Sequence record: MZ681930.1 | Direction: 5' to 3' (one strand) | Source of the DNA: Enterobacteria phage phiC600P9 | Length of the DNA stretch: 64,000 nt | Part shown: positions 9,574 through 19,732 of the stretch, piece after piece | Layout: each line of letters starts with the position of its first letter | Position numbering within the stretch: the stretch's first letter is position 1 | Position numbers and translations under genes: made by a program | Notes under the pieces: model-generated | What the model was told of the DNA's origin: nothing | What the model saw: only the letters and a program-made list of their open reading frames with translations | Database searches by the model: none

Positions 9574-9581
9574 TATTTATA
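9574..9581 (-). promoter_or_regulatory. T4 late promoter TATAAATA (minus strand) for gene 4
   Basis: + strand TATTTATA is TATAAATA on the minus strand, about 27 nt upstream of the gene 4 start; divergent from the gene 53 promoter. Confidence 0.6.
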
Positions 9582-9594
9582 AACAGGAGGGCCC

Positions 9595-10185
9595 ATGCTC
9601 TTTACATTTTTTGATCCGATTGAATATGCGGCCAAAACGGTGAATAAAAACGCGCCGACTATTCCTATGACAGATATTTTTAGAAACTATAAAGACTATT
9701 TTAAACGCGCTCTTGTGGGATACCGCTTACGTACTTATTATATTAAAGGTTCACCACGCCCGGAAGAATTAGCAAATGCTATATATGGAAATCCACAGCT
9801 GTATTGGGTTTTATTGATGTGTAATGATAATTATGACCCGTATTATGGATGGATTACTTCGCAAGAAGCTGCTTATCAAGCATCTATACAAAAATACAAA
9901 AACGTAGGTGGAGACCAAATAGTATATCATGTGAATGAGAACGGTGAAAAATTTTATAATTTAATATCATACGATGATAATCCATATGTTTGGTATGACA
10001 AAGGCGATAAAGCCAGAAAATATCCTCAATATGAAGGAGCACTTGCTGCGGTCGATACGTATGAAGCTGCTGTTCTTGAAAATGAAAAACTTCGTCAAAT
10101 AAAAATAATAGCAAAATCAGACATTAATTCATTTATGAACGACCTTATACGTATAATGGAGAAATCTTATGGAAATGATAAGTAA
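9595..10185 (+). CDS. 53: baseplate wedge protein gp53
   Basis: 196 aa as T4 gp53; SD GGAGG upstream; first gene of the plus-strand late structural block. Confidence 0.85.
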   Translation: MLFTFFDPIEYAAKTVNKNAPTIPMTDIFRNYKDYFKRALVGYRLRTYYIKGSPRPEELANAIYGNPQLYWVLLMCNDNYDPYYGWITSQEAAYQASIQKYKNVGGDQIVYHVNENGEKFYNLISYDDNPYVWYDKGDKARKYPQYEGALAAVDTYEAAVLENEKLRQIKIIAKSDINSFMNDLIRIMEKSYGNDK

Positions 10186-11896
10186 TAACCTTAATTGGTT
10201 TGTTGGTGTTGTTGAAGATAGAATGGACCCATTAAAATTAGGTCGTGTTCGTGTTCGTGTGGTTGGTCTGCATCCACCTCAAAGAGCACAAGGCGACGTA
10301 ATAGGTATTCCAACTGATAAATTACCATGGATGTCAGTTATTCAACCTATAACTTCTGCAGCAATGTCTGGAATTGGAGGCTCCGTTACTGGTCCGGTAG
10401 AAGGAACTAGAGTTTATGGTCATTTTTTAGACAAATGGAAAACTAACGGAATTGTCCTTGGCACGTATGGTGGGATAGTTCGCGAAAAACCTAATAGACT
10501 TGAAGGATTTTCTGACCCAACTGGACAGTATCCTAGACGTCTAGGAAATGATACTAACGTATTAAACCAAGGCGGAGAAGTAGGATATGATTCGTCTTCT
10601 AACATTATCCAAGACAGTAATTTAGATACTGCAATAAATCCAGATGATAGACCGCTATCAGAAATTCCAACTGATGATAATCCAAATATGTCAATGGCTG
10701 AAATGCTTCGCCGTGATGAAGGATTAAGACTAAAAGTTTATTGGGATACTGAAGGATATCCGACAATTGGTATTGGTCATCTTATCATGAAGCAGCCAGT
10801 TCGTGATATGGCCCAAATTAATAAAGTTTTATCAAAACAAGTTGGTCGTGAAATTACCGGAAATCCAGGTTCTATTACAATGGAAGAAGCGGTAACTTTA
10901 TTTGAACGTGATTTGGCTGATATGCAACGTGACATTAAATCACATTCTAAAGTTGGCCCAGTTTGGCAGGCAGTTAATCGTTCTCGTCAAATGGCATTAG
11001 AAAATATGGCATTTCAGATGGGCGTTGGCGGTGTAGCTAAATTTAACACAATGTTAACTGCTATGTTAGCCGGAGATTGGGAAAAAGCATATAAAGCCGG
11101 TCGTGATTCATTGTGGTATCAACAAACAAAAGGCCGTGCATCCCGTGTTACCATGATTATTCTTACGGGGAATTTGGAATCATATGGTGTTGAAGTGAAA
11201 ACTCCGGCTAGGTCTTTATCGGCAATGGCTGCGACTGTAGCTAAATCTTCTGACCCTGCTGACCCTCCTATTCCAAATGACTCGAGAATTTTATTCAAAG
11301 AACCAGTTTCTTCATATAAAGGTGAATATCCTTATGTGCATACAATGGAAACTGAAAGCGGACATATTCAGGAATTTGATGATACCCCTGGGCAAGAACG
11401 ATACAGATTAGTTCATCCAACTGGAACTTATGAAGAAGTATCACCGTCAGGGAGAAGAACAAGAAAAACTGTTGATAATTTGTATGATATAACCAACGCT
11501 GATGGTAATTTTTTGGTAGCCGGTGATAAAAAGACTAACGTCGGTGGATCAGAAATTTATTACAACATGGATAATCGTCTTCACCAAATAGATGGAAGCA
11601 ATACAATATTTGTACGTGGCGATGAAACTAAGACGGTTGAAGGTAATGGAACTATCCTAGTCAAAGGTAATGTTACTATTGTAGTTGAAGGTAATGCTGA
11701 CATTACAGTTAAAGGAGATGCTACCACTTTAGTTGAAGGAAATCAAACTAACACAGTAAATGGAAATCTTTCTTGGAAAGTTGCTGGGACAGTTGATTGG
11801 GACGTTGGTGGTGATTGGACAGAAAAAATGGCATCTATGAGTTCTATTTCATCTGGTCAATACACAATTGATGGATCGAGGATTGACATTGGCTAA
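10169..11896 (+). CDS. 5: baseplate hub / cell-puncturing protein with tail lysozyme domain (gp5)
   Basis: 575 aa, MEMISNNLNWFVGVVEDRMDPLKLGRVRVRVVG...; central lysozyme-like domain; C-terminal V-x-G-x-x-x-x-x beta-helix repeats (VEGNGTILVKGNVTIVVEGNADITVKGDATTLVEGNQT). Confidence 0.95.
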   Translation: MEMISNNLNWFVGVVEDRMDPLKLGRVRVRVVGLHPPQRAQGDVIGIPTDKLPWMSVIQPITSAAMSGIGGSVTGPVEGTRVYGHFLDKWKTNGIVLGTYGGIVREKPNRLEGFSDPTGQYPRRLGNDTNVLNQGGEVGYDSSSNIIQDSNLDTAINPDDRPLSEIPTDDNPNMSMAEMLRRDEGLRLKVYWDTEGYPTIGIGHLIMKQPVRDMAQINKVLSKQVGREITGNPGSITMEEAVTLFERDLADMQRDIKSHSKVGPVWQAVNRSRQMALENMAFQMGVGGVAKFNTMLTAMLAGDWEKAYKAGRDSLWYQQTKGRASRVTMIILTGNLESYGVEVKTPARSLSAMAATVAKSSDPADPPIPNDSRILFKEPVSSYKGEYPYVHTMETESGHIQEFDDTPGQERYRLVHPTGTYEEVSPSGRRTRKTVDNLYDITNADGNFLVAGDKKTNVGGSEIYYNMDNRLHQIDGSNTIFVRGDETKTVEGNGTILVKGNVTIVVEGNADITVKGDATTLVEGNQTNTVNGNLSWKVAGTVDWDVGGDWTEKMASMSSISSGQYTIDGSRIDIG

Positions 11897-11930
11897 TATA
11901 CTTCCAATGAGCGCTGATTTAGGAGAATCC

Positions 11931-12425
11931 ATGGAAGGTTCTTCTATCGACGTCACCTTTACCGCTCAATTAGAAACAGGTGAAACGTTAGTATCTATAA
12001 ATATAACTAGTTACGAAGAAACTCCTGGGGTTTTAGTAGAAGAAAATCGTTTATATGGAACGTATGAATCTGTATTTGGATTTGGAAATGATGCGTTGAA
12101 ATATCGTTTAGATAATGAATTTAAAACCGCTGCTTCATGGGAAGACCTTCCAACTGATTCTAATACTCAGTTATATCTATGGAAAGCTCCTCAAAACCTC
12201 CAGAAGACATTCACTTACGAAGTAACATTAATATATGACTACCAAGAACAAAGCGAATCTGGAGGTTCTGGCAGTAATTCTAGGTCATCTTCTGATACTA
12301 CTGAACCGACGAATCCTCCAGCTCCAATAAGAAAAACTCTTGTTAAAAATTACACAAAAACTATAGTTGGAAATTGGAGTCGTTGGGCTAATAAATTGAG
12401 AAGCTATGTGTATGAGAGGCCATAA
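11931..12425 (+). CDS. 5.1: gp5.1-like hypothetical protein
   Basis: ORF between gp5 and the PAAR gene; strong SD AGGAG 5 nt before the ATG at 11931; earlier in-frame starts (11868 TTG, 11907 ATG) lack an SD. Start uncertain. Confidence 0.6.
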
Positions 12426-12719
12426 ATGTCAGGATTAAGCTATGATAAGTGTGTTACTGCTGGCCATGAAGCGTGGCCTCCAACAGTTGTGAATGCCACA
12501 CAAAGTAAAGTATTCACCGGAGGAATTGCTGTTCTCGTAGCAGGTGATCCAATTACAGAACATACAGAAATTAAAAAGCCATATGAAACACATGGCGGAG
12601 TGACACAACCTAGAACTTCTAAGGTATATGTCACTGGAAAGAAAGCTGTTCAAATGGCTGATCCAATATCATGCGGTGATACTGTGGCTCAGGCATCATC
12701 TAAAGTATTCATTAAATAG
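12426..12719 (+). CDS. 5.4: PAAR-repeat spike-tip protein (gp5.4)
   Basis: 97 aa as T4 gp5.4; compact PAAR-like fold signature (CVTAGH...GDPITEHT...CGD). Confidence 0.8.
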
Positions 12720-12727
12720 GATTTAAA

Positions 12728-14710
12728 ATGGCAAATACCCCTGTAAATTATCAATTAACAAGAACAGCAAATGCTATTCCCGAGATATTCGTCGGGGGTA
12801 CGTTTGCTGAAATAAAACAAAACCTCATTGAATGGCTTAATGGCCAAAATGAATTTTTGGATTATGATTTTGAAGGCTCAAGATTAAACGTTCTGTGTGA
12901 CCTTTTGGCTTATAATACGTTGTACATTCAGCAGTTTGGTAATGCTGCTGTGTATGAAAGCTTTATGCGTACTGCTAATTTGCGTAGTTCAGTAGTTCAA
13001 GCTGCACAAGATAATGGATATTTACCTACTTCAAAATCAGCTGCTCAAACTGAAATTATGCTAACTTGTACAGACGCATTGAATAGAAATTACATTACTA
13101 TTCCTCGCGGTACTCGCTTTTTAGCATATGCAAAGGATACTTCCGTTAATCCTTACAACTTTGTATCTACCGAAGATGTTATTGCTATTCGCGATAAAAA
13201 TAACCAATATTTTCCGCGTTTAAAATTAGCCCAGGGACGTATAGTAAGAACTGAAATCATTTATGATAAATTAACACCTATTATCATTTATGACAAAAAT
13301 ATAGATAGAAACCAAGTTAAACTATACGTTGATGGAGCAGAATGGATTAACTGGACAAGAAAGTCAATGGTTCATGCTGGTTCTACATCAACAATTTACT
13401 ACATGCGTGAAACTATTGATGGAAATACCGAGTTTTATTTTGGTGAAGGCGAGATTTCTGTTAATGCGGCAGAAGGAGCATTGACTGCTAATTATATTGG
13501 AGGTCTTAAACCTACCCAGAACTCTACGATTGTTATTGAGTACATCAGTACTAACGGTGCAGATGCGAATGGTGCAGTCGGATTTTCATATGCAGATACA
13601 TTAACAAATATAACTGTCATCAATATTAATGAAAACCCAAACGATGACCCAGATTTTGTTGGGGCAGATGGCGGCGGTGATCCAGAAGATATTGAACGTA
13701 TTCGCGAATTGGGTACTATTAAACGCGAAACCCAGCAACGCTGCGTAACTGCGACTGACTACGATACATTTGTTTCAGAGAGATTTGGTTCTATTATTCA
13801 AGCTGTTCAGACTTTCACTGATTCTACTAAACCTGGGTATGCATTTATTGCTGCTAAACCTAAATCAGGATTGTATTTAACTACTGTGCAACGTGAAGAT
13901 ATTAAAAATTATCTCAAAGACTATAATTTAGCTCCTATTACGCCATCAATTATTTCTCCTAATTATCTTTTTATTAAGACTAATTTAAAAGTCACATATG
14001 CTTTAAATAAACTGCAAGAATCCGAGCAGTGGCTCGAAGGTCAAATAATTGATAAAATTGATCGTTATTATACCGAAGATGTAGAAATTTTTAACTCGTC
14101 TTTTGCTAAGTCTAAGATGTTGACATATGTAGATGATGCAGATCATTCTATCATTGGTTCATCAGCGACAATTCAAATTGTTCGTGAAGTACAAAACTTC
14201 TATAAAACGCCTGAAGCGGGTATTAAATACAATAATCAAATAAAAGATCGTTCTATGGAATCTAATACGTTTTCATTTAATTCTGGACGAAAGGTTGTAA
14301 ATCCTGATACTGGTTTAGAAGAAGATGTATTATATGACGTTCGCATAGTATCAACAGACCGAGATTCTAAAGGAATTGGTAAAGTTATTATTGGTCCATT
14401 TGCTTCTGGCGATGTTACAGAAAATGAAAACATTCAGCCGTATACAGGCAATGATTTTAACAAATTAGCAAATTCTGATGGACGCGACAAATACTATGTT
14501 ATCGGTGAAATAAATTATCCAGCTGATGTGATTTATTGGAATATCGCTAAAATTAATTTAACATCTGAAAAATTTGAAGTTCAGACTATTGAATTATATT
14601 CTGACCCAACCGATGATGTTATCTTTACTCGCGATGGTTCACTGATTGTATTTGAAAATGACTTACGTCCACAATACTTAACTATCGATTTGGAGCCTAT
14701 ATCACAATGA
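12728..14710 (+). CDS. 6: baseplate wedge protein gp6
   Basis: 660 aa as T4 gp6; conserved gene order. Confidence 0.9.
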   Translation: MANTPVNYQLTRTANAIPEIFVGGTFAEIKQNLIEWLNGQNEFLDYDFEGSRLNVLCDLLAYNTLYIQQFGNAAVYESFMRTANLRSSVVQAAQDNGYLPTSKSAAQTEIMLTCTDALNRNYITIPRGTRFLAYAKDTSVNPYNFVSTEDVIAIRDKNNQYFPRLKLAQGRIVRTEIIYDKLTPIIIYDKNIDRNQVKLYVDGAEWINWTRKSMVHAGSTSTIYYMRETIDGNTEFYFGEGEISVNAAEGALTANYIGGLKPTQNSTIVIEYISTNGADANGAVGFSYADTLTNITVININENPNDDPDFVGADGGGDPEDIERIRELGTIKRETQQRCVTATDYDTFVSERFGSIIQAVQTFTDSTKPGYAFIAAKPKSGLYLTTVQREDIKNYLKDYNLAPITPSIISPNYLFIKTNLKVTYALNKLQESEQWLEGQIIDKIDRYYTEDVEIFNSSFAKSKMLTYVDDADHSIIGSSATIQIVREVQNFYKTPEAGIKYNNQIKDRSMESNTFSFNSGRKVVNPDTGLEEDVLYDVRIVSTDRDSKGIGKVIIGPFASGDVTENENIQPYTGNDFNKLANSDGRDKYYVIGEINYPADVIYWNIAKINLTSEKFEVQTIELYSDPTDDVIFTRDGSLIVFENDLRPQYLTIDLEPISQ

Positions 14711-17700
14711 CAGTAAAAGCACCTTCAGTCACTAGTCTCAGAATTTCCAAGTTATCCGCAAATCAGGTGCAAGTACGCTGGGATGACGTTGGTGCTAATT
14801 TCTACTATTTTGTAGAAATCGCTGAGACAAAAACAGACTCGGGGGAAAATCTCCCGAGCGATCAATATCGTTGGATTAATTTAGGATATACAGCAAATAA
14901 TAGTTTCTTTTTTGATGATGCTGATCCACTAACATCATACATCATTAGAGTAGCTACAGCTGTACAAGATTTTGAGCAATCTGATTGGGTTTATACAGAA
15001 GAGTTTGAAACTTTTGCTACAAATGCTTATACATTTCAAAACATGATTGAAATGCAATTAGCTAATAAATTCATTCAGGAAAAATTTACTCTTAATAATT
15101 CTGATTATGTTAATTTTAATAATGACACTATAATGGCTGCATTGATGAATGAATCATTTCAATTCAGCCCATCGTATGTTGATGTTTCATCAATAAGTAA
15201 TTTTATTATTGGTGAAAATGAGTATCATGAAATACAAGGTTCTATTCAGCAAGTATGTAAGGATATTAACCGAGTTTATTTGATGGAATCAGAAGGGATT
15301 CTATATCTTTTTGAGCGCTATCAACCCGTAGTTAAAGTATCTAATGATAAAGGACAAACCTGGAAAGCCGTAAAGCTCTTCAATGACCGCGTAGGATATC
15401 CTTTATCTAAGACTGTATATTACCAATCTGCGAACACAACATACGTTCTAGGATACGACAAGGTCTTCTATGGCCGTAAATCGACTGACGTTAGATGGTC
15501 AGCAGATGATGTCAGATTCAGTTCACAGGATATAACATTTGCTAAACTTGGCGACCAGTTACATTTAGGATTTGATGTAGAAATTTTTGCCACTTACGCG
15601 ACTTTGCCAGCGAATGTATACCGCATTGCAGAAGCTATTACTTGCACCGATGATTACATTTACGTTGTAGCCAGAGACAAAGTTAGATACATAAAAACGA
15701 GTAATGCACCTATAGATTCTGACCCATTATCTCCAACATATTCGGAAAGACTTTTTGAACCTGACACAATGACTATAACCGGAAATCCTAAAGCAGTATG
15801 CTATAAAATGGATTCTGTTGGTGATAAAGTTTTTGCTCTTATTATTGGTGAAGTTGAAACATTAAATGCTAATCCTAGAACATCAAAAATAATTGATTCC
15901 GCTGATAAAGGAATATATGTTTTAAATCATGACGAAAAAACATGGAAAAGAGTTTTTGGTAATACCGAAGAAGAAAGAAGACGTATTCAACCCGGATATG
16001 CGAATATGTCAACTGACGGTAAATTAGTTTCTCTGTCTTCGAGTAATTTTAAATTTTTAAGTGATAATGTTGTTAATGACCCTGAAACTGCAGCAAAATA
16101 CCAGTTAATTGGCGCTGTTAAATATGAATTTCCTCGTGAATGGTTAGCTGATAAGCATTATCATATGATGGCATTTATAGCGGATGAAAAATCTGATTGG
16201 GAGACTTTTACTCCTCAACCAATGAAATACTACGCAGAACCGTTCTTTAACTGGTCTAAAAAATCTAACACACGTTGTTGGATAAACAACTCCGATAGGG
16301 TTGTAGTAGTTTATGCTGATTTAAAATACACTAAAGTTATAGAAAATATTCCGGAAACATCACCAGATAGATTAGTTCATGAATACTGGGATGATGGTGA
16401 TTGTACTATAGTAATGCCAAATGTTAAATTCACTGGATTTAAAAAATATGCATCTGGGATGCTTTTCTATAAAGCCTCCGGTGAAATAATTTCTTACTAT
16501 GATTTTAACTATCGTGTGAGAGATACAGTAGAAATTATTTGGAAGCCAACTGAAGTATTTTTAAAAGCATTTTTACAAAACCAAGAGCATGAAACCCCTT
16601 GGTCGCCTGAAGAAGAGCGTGGATTAGCTGACCCTGATTTAAGACCATTGATTGGCACAATGATGCCTGATTCTTATTTGTTACAGGATTCGAATTTTGA
16701 GGCATTTTGCGAAGCATATATTCAATATCTTTCTGATGGATATGGAACTCAGTATAATAATTTACGAAATTTAATTCGTAACAAATATCCACGAGAAGAG
16801 CATGCGTGGGAATATTTGTGGTCAGAGATATATAAAAGAAACATTTATTTAAATGCTGACAAACGTGATGCTGTTGCAAGATTTTTCGAATCACGTAGCT
16901 ATGATTTTTATTCTACTAAAGGAATTGAAGCATCATACAAATTTCTTTTTAAAGTTCTTTATAATGAAGAGGTTGAAATTGAAATTGAATCTGGGGCTGG
17001 TACTGAATATGATATAATCGTTCAATCTGATTCTTTGACTGAAGACTTAGTAGGACAAACGATTTATACAGCTACAGGAAGATGTAATGTTACTTATATA
17101 GAAAGAAGCTATTCTAATGGTAAATTGCAATGGACCGTAACTATTCATAATCTTTTGGGACGATTAATTGCTGGTCAAGAAGTTAAAGCAGAAAGACTCC
17201 CTGGTTTTGAAGGCGAAATTATTCGTGGCGTTAAAGGAAAGGATTTGCTTCAAAACAATATAGACTATATTAATAGAAGTAGATCATACTATGTAATGAA
17301 AATTAAATCCAATTTACCTTCTTCCCGCTGGAAATCTGACGTTATTCGTTTTGTTCATCCAGTAGGATTTGGATTTATAGCAATTACCCTTTTAACAATG
17401 TTTATTAATGTCGGTTTAACTCTTAAACATACAGAGACTATAATTAATAAATACAAAAACTATAAATGGGATTCTGGATTGCCTACTGAATACGCTGATA
17501 GAGTAGCTAAATTGACTCCAACTGGCGAAATTGAGCATGATTCAGTAACAGGCGAAGCAATTTATGAGCCTGGCCCAATGGCTGGCGTAAAATATCCTCT
17601 TCCTGATGACTATAATGCTGAAAATAATAATTCAATATTTCAAGGTCAATTGCCGTCTGAACGACGTAAATTAATGAGTCCTTTATTTGATGCATCTGGA

Positions 17701-17805
17701 ACAACATTTGCGCAATTTAGAGATTTAGTTAATAAACGTCTAAAAGATAATATAGGAAATCCAAGAGACCCTGAAAATCCAACACAGGTTAAAATAGATG
17801 AATGA
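14707..17805 (+). CDS. 7: baseplate wedge protein gp7
   Basis: 1032 aa as T4 gp7; start overlaps the gp6 stop. Confidence 0.9.
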   Translation: MTVKAPSVTSLRISKLSANQVQVRWDDVGANFYYFVEIAETKTDSGENLPSDQYRWINLGYTANNSFFFDDADPLTSYIIRVATAVQDFEQSDWVYTEEFETFATNAYTFQNMIEMQLANKFIQEKFTLNNSDYVNFNNDTIMAALMNESFQFSPSYVDVSSISNFIIGENEYHEIQGSIQQVCKDINRVYLMESEGILYLFERYQPVVKVSNDKGQTWKAVKLFNDRVGYPLSKTVYYQSANTTYVLGYDKVFYGRKSTDVRWSADDVRFSSQDITFAKLGDQLHLGFDVEIFATYATLPANVYRIAEAITCTDDYIYVVARDKVRYIKTSNAPIDSDPLSPTYSERLFEPDTMTITGNPKAVCYKMDSVGDKVFALIIGEVETLNANPRTSKIIDSADKGIYVLNHDEKTWKRVFGNTEEERRRIQPGYANMSTDGKLVSLSSSNFKFLSDNVVNDPETAAKYQLIGAVKYEFPREWLADKHYHMMAFIADEKSDWETFTPQPMKYYAEPFFNWSKKSNTRCWINNSDRVVVVYADLKYTKVIENIPETSPDRLVHEYWDDGDCTIVMPNVKFTGFKKYASGMLFYKASGEIISYYDFNYRVRDTVEIIWKPTEVFLKAFLQNQEHETPWSPEEERGLADPDLRPLIGTMMPDSYLLQDSNFEAFCEAYIQYLSDGYGTQYNNLRNLIRNKYPREEHAWEYLWSEIYKRNIYLNADKRDAVARFFESRSYDFYSTKGIEASYKFLFKVLYNEEVEIEIESGAGTEYDIIVQSDSLTEDLVGQTIYTATGRCNVTYIERSYSNGKLQWTVTIHNLLGRLIAGQEVKAERLPGFEGEIIRGVKGKDLLQNNIDYINRSRSYYVMKIKSNLPSSRWKSDVIRFVHPVGFGFIAITLLTMFINVGLTLKHTETIINKYKNYKWDSGLPTEYADRVAKLTPTGEIEHDSVTGEAIYEPGPMAGVKYPLPDDYNAENNNSIFQGQLPSERRKLMSPLFDASGTTFAQFRDLVNKRLKDNIGNPRDPENPTQVKIDE

Positions 17806-18802
17806 TTCAAGTGTTATCTATCGTGCGATAGTTACTTCAAAATTTAGAACAGAAAAAATGTTGAATTTTTATAATTCAATTGGAAGTGGTCCGGATAAAA
17901 ACACTATCTTTATCACATTTGGAAGATCAGAACCGTGGTCATCAAATGAAAATGAGGCGGGCTTTGCCCCGCCTTATCCCACTGATTCTGTATTAGGTGT
18001 AACTGACATGTGGACGCATATGATGGGAACAGTAAAAGTTCTTCCATCAATGCTTGATGCAGTTATTCCTCGTAGAGATTGGGGAGATACTCGATATCCT
18101 GATCCATACACATTTAGAATTAATGACATTGTAGTGTGTAACTCAGCTCCTTACAACGCTACTGAATCAGGCGCAGGCTGGTTAGTATATCGTTGTTTAG
18201 ATGTTCCTGATACCGGAATGTGTTCAATCGCATCTTTAACTGATAAAGATGAATGCCTTAAGTTAGGTGGAAAATGGACTCCTTCTGCTAGGTCAATGAC
18301 TCCGCCTGAAGGCCGAGGAGATGCTGAAGGAACAATTGAACCAGGAGACGGGTATGTGTGGGAATATCTATTTGAGATTCCGCCTGATGTATCTATAAAT
18401 AGATGCACAAATGAATATATCGTGGTTCCTTGGCCTGAGGAATTAAAAGAAGACCCGACTAGATGGGGGTATGAAGATAATCTCACTTGGCAACAAGATG
18501 ATTTTGGATTAATTTACCGTGTTAAGGCAAATACTATCCGTTTTAAAGCATATTTAGATTCAGTTTATTTTCCTGAAGCTGCATTGCCAGGAAATAAAGG
18601 ATTTAGACAAATATCAATAATCACGAATCCTCTTGAAGCTAAAGCTCATCCAAATGACCCAAACGTTAAAGCTGAAAAGGATTATTATGATCCGGAAGAT
18701 TTAATGAGGCATTCGGGCGAAATGATTTATATGGAAAATAGGCCACCTATTATCATGGCAATGGATCAAACAGAAGAAATCAATATTCTGTTTACATTTT
18801 AA
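17798..18802 (+). CDS. 8: baseplate wedge protein gp8
   Basis: 334 aa as T4 gp8. Confidence 0.9.
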   Translation: MNDSSVIYRAIVTSKFRTEKMLNFYNSIGSGPDKNTIFITFGRSEPWSSNENEAGFAPPYPTDSVLGVTDMWTHMMGTVKVLPSMLDAVIPRRDWGDTRYPDPYTFRINDIVVCNSAPYNATESGAGWLVYRCLDVPDTGMCSIASLTDKDECLKLGGKWTPSARSMTPPEGRGDAEGTIEPGDGYVWEYLFEIPPDVSINRCTNEYIVVPWPEELKEDPTRWGYEDNLTWQQDDFGLIYRVKANTIRFKAYLDSVYFPEAALPGNKGFRQISIITNPLEAKAHPNDPNVKAEKDYYDPEDLMRHSGEMIYMENRPPIIMAMDQTEEINILFTF

Positions 18803-18807
18803 ATTAA

Positions 18808-18831
18808 GGGAGCCCATGGGCTCCCTTTTTC
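18808..18831 (+). terminator. intrinsic terminator after gene 8
   Basis: Hairpin GGGAGCCCATGGGCTCCC followed by TTTTTC. Confidence 0.65.
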
Positions 18832-18833
18832 TT

Positions 18834-18841
18834 TATAAATA
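18834..18841 (+). promoter_or_regulatory. T4 late promoter TATAAATA for gene 9
   Basis: Exact TATAAATA 25 nt upstream of the gene 9 ATG. Confidence 0.7.
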
Positions 18842-18865
18842 CTATAAACTCATAAGGAAACCGCT

Positions 18866-19732
18866 ATGTTCATTCAAGAACCAAAGAAATTGATTGATAC
18901 CGGCGAAATTGGTAACGCTTCTACTGGTGATATCTTATTCGACGGTGGTAATAAAATTAATAGTGATTTTAACGCAATTTATAATGCGTTTGGCGATCAG
19001 CGTAAAATGGCAGTAGCAAATGGCACTGGAGCAGATGGTCAAATTATCCATGCTACTGGATATTATCAAAAACACACTATCGCAGAGTATGCAACTCCAG
19101 TAAAAGTTGGCACTAGGCATGATATTGATACCTCTACTGTAGGTGTTAAAGTTATCATTGAAAGAGGCGAACTTGGCGACTGTGTTGAATTCATTAACTC
19201 TAATGGATCAATATCAGTTACTAATCCTTTGACAATTCAAGCTATTGATTCAATTAAAGGCGTTTCAGGTAATTTGGTAGTAACTAGCCCATATAGTAAA
19301 GTAACTTTACGCTGTATTTCATCTGATAATTCTACATCGGTTTGGAATTATTCTATTGAAAGTATGTTTGGACAAAAGGAATCACCAGCTGAAGGTACAT
19401 GGAATATTTCTACATCCGGATCAGTTGATATTCCACTATTTCATCGTACTGAATACAATATGGCTAAATTGCTAGTTACGTGCCAATCAGTAGATGGAAG
19501 AAAAATTAAAACGGCAGAAATAAATATTCTTGTGGATACTGTCAATTCAGAGGTCATTTCTTCTGAATATGCTGTCATGCGAGTTGGGAATGAAACCGAA
19601 GAAGACGAAATCGCTAATATTGCATTTAGTATTAAAGAAAACTATGTAACGGCGACTATAAGTTCTTCAACTGTCGGTATGAGAGCAGCAGTTAAAGTTA
19701 TCGCTACGCAGAAAATCGGGGTGGCTCAATAA
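18866..19732 (+). CDS. 9: baseplate wedge / long tail fibre socket protein gp9
   Basis: 288 aa as T4 gp9; SD AAGGAAA. Confidence 0.9.
   Translation: MFIQEPKKLIDTGEIGNASTGDILFDGGNKINSDFNAIYNAFGDQRKMAVANGTGADGQIIHATGYYQKHTIAEYATPVKVGTRHDIDTSTVGVKVIIERGELGDCVEFINSNGSISVTNPLTIQAIDSIKGVSGNLVVTSPYSKVTLRCISSDNSTSVWNYSIESMFGQKESPAEGTWNISTSGSVDIPLFHRTEYNMAKLLVTCQSVDGRKIKTAEINILVDTVNSEVISSEYAVMRVGNETEEDEIANIAFSIKENYVTATISSSTVGMRAAVKVIATQKIGVAQ

Noticed and set aside
11700-11790. Short periodic repeats in the DNA at the gp5 3' end
   Set aside because: They encode the V-x-G-x-x-x-x-x beta-helix repeats of the gp5 needle and are protein-structural, not a regulatory or mobile repeat.
16535-16894. Antisense and alternate-frame ORFs of 60-130 aa inside long structural genes (e.g. 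16535-16894 in gp7, 36578-36922 in gp22, 37431-37817 in gp23, 33027-33348 in gp19)
   Set aside because: They are fully embedded in genes with strong identity and length matches, have no SD or promoter, and are the frame noise expected in AT-rich DNA.
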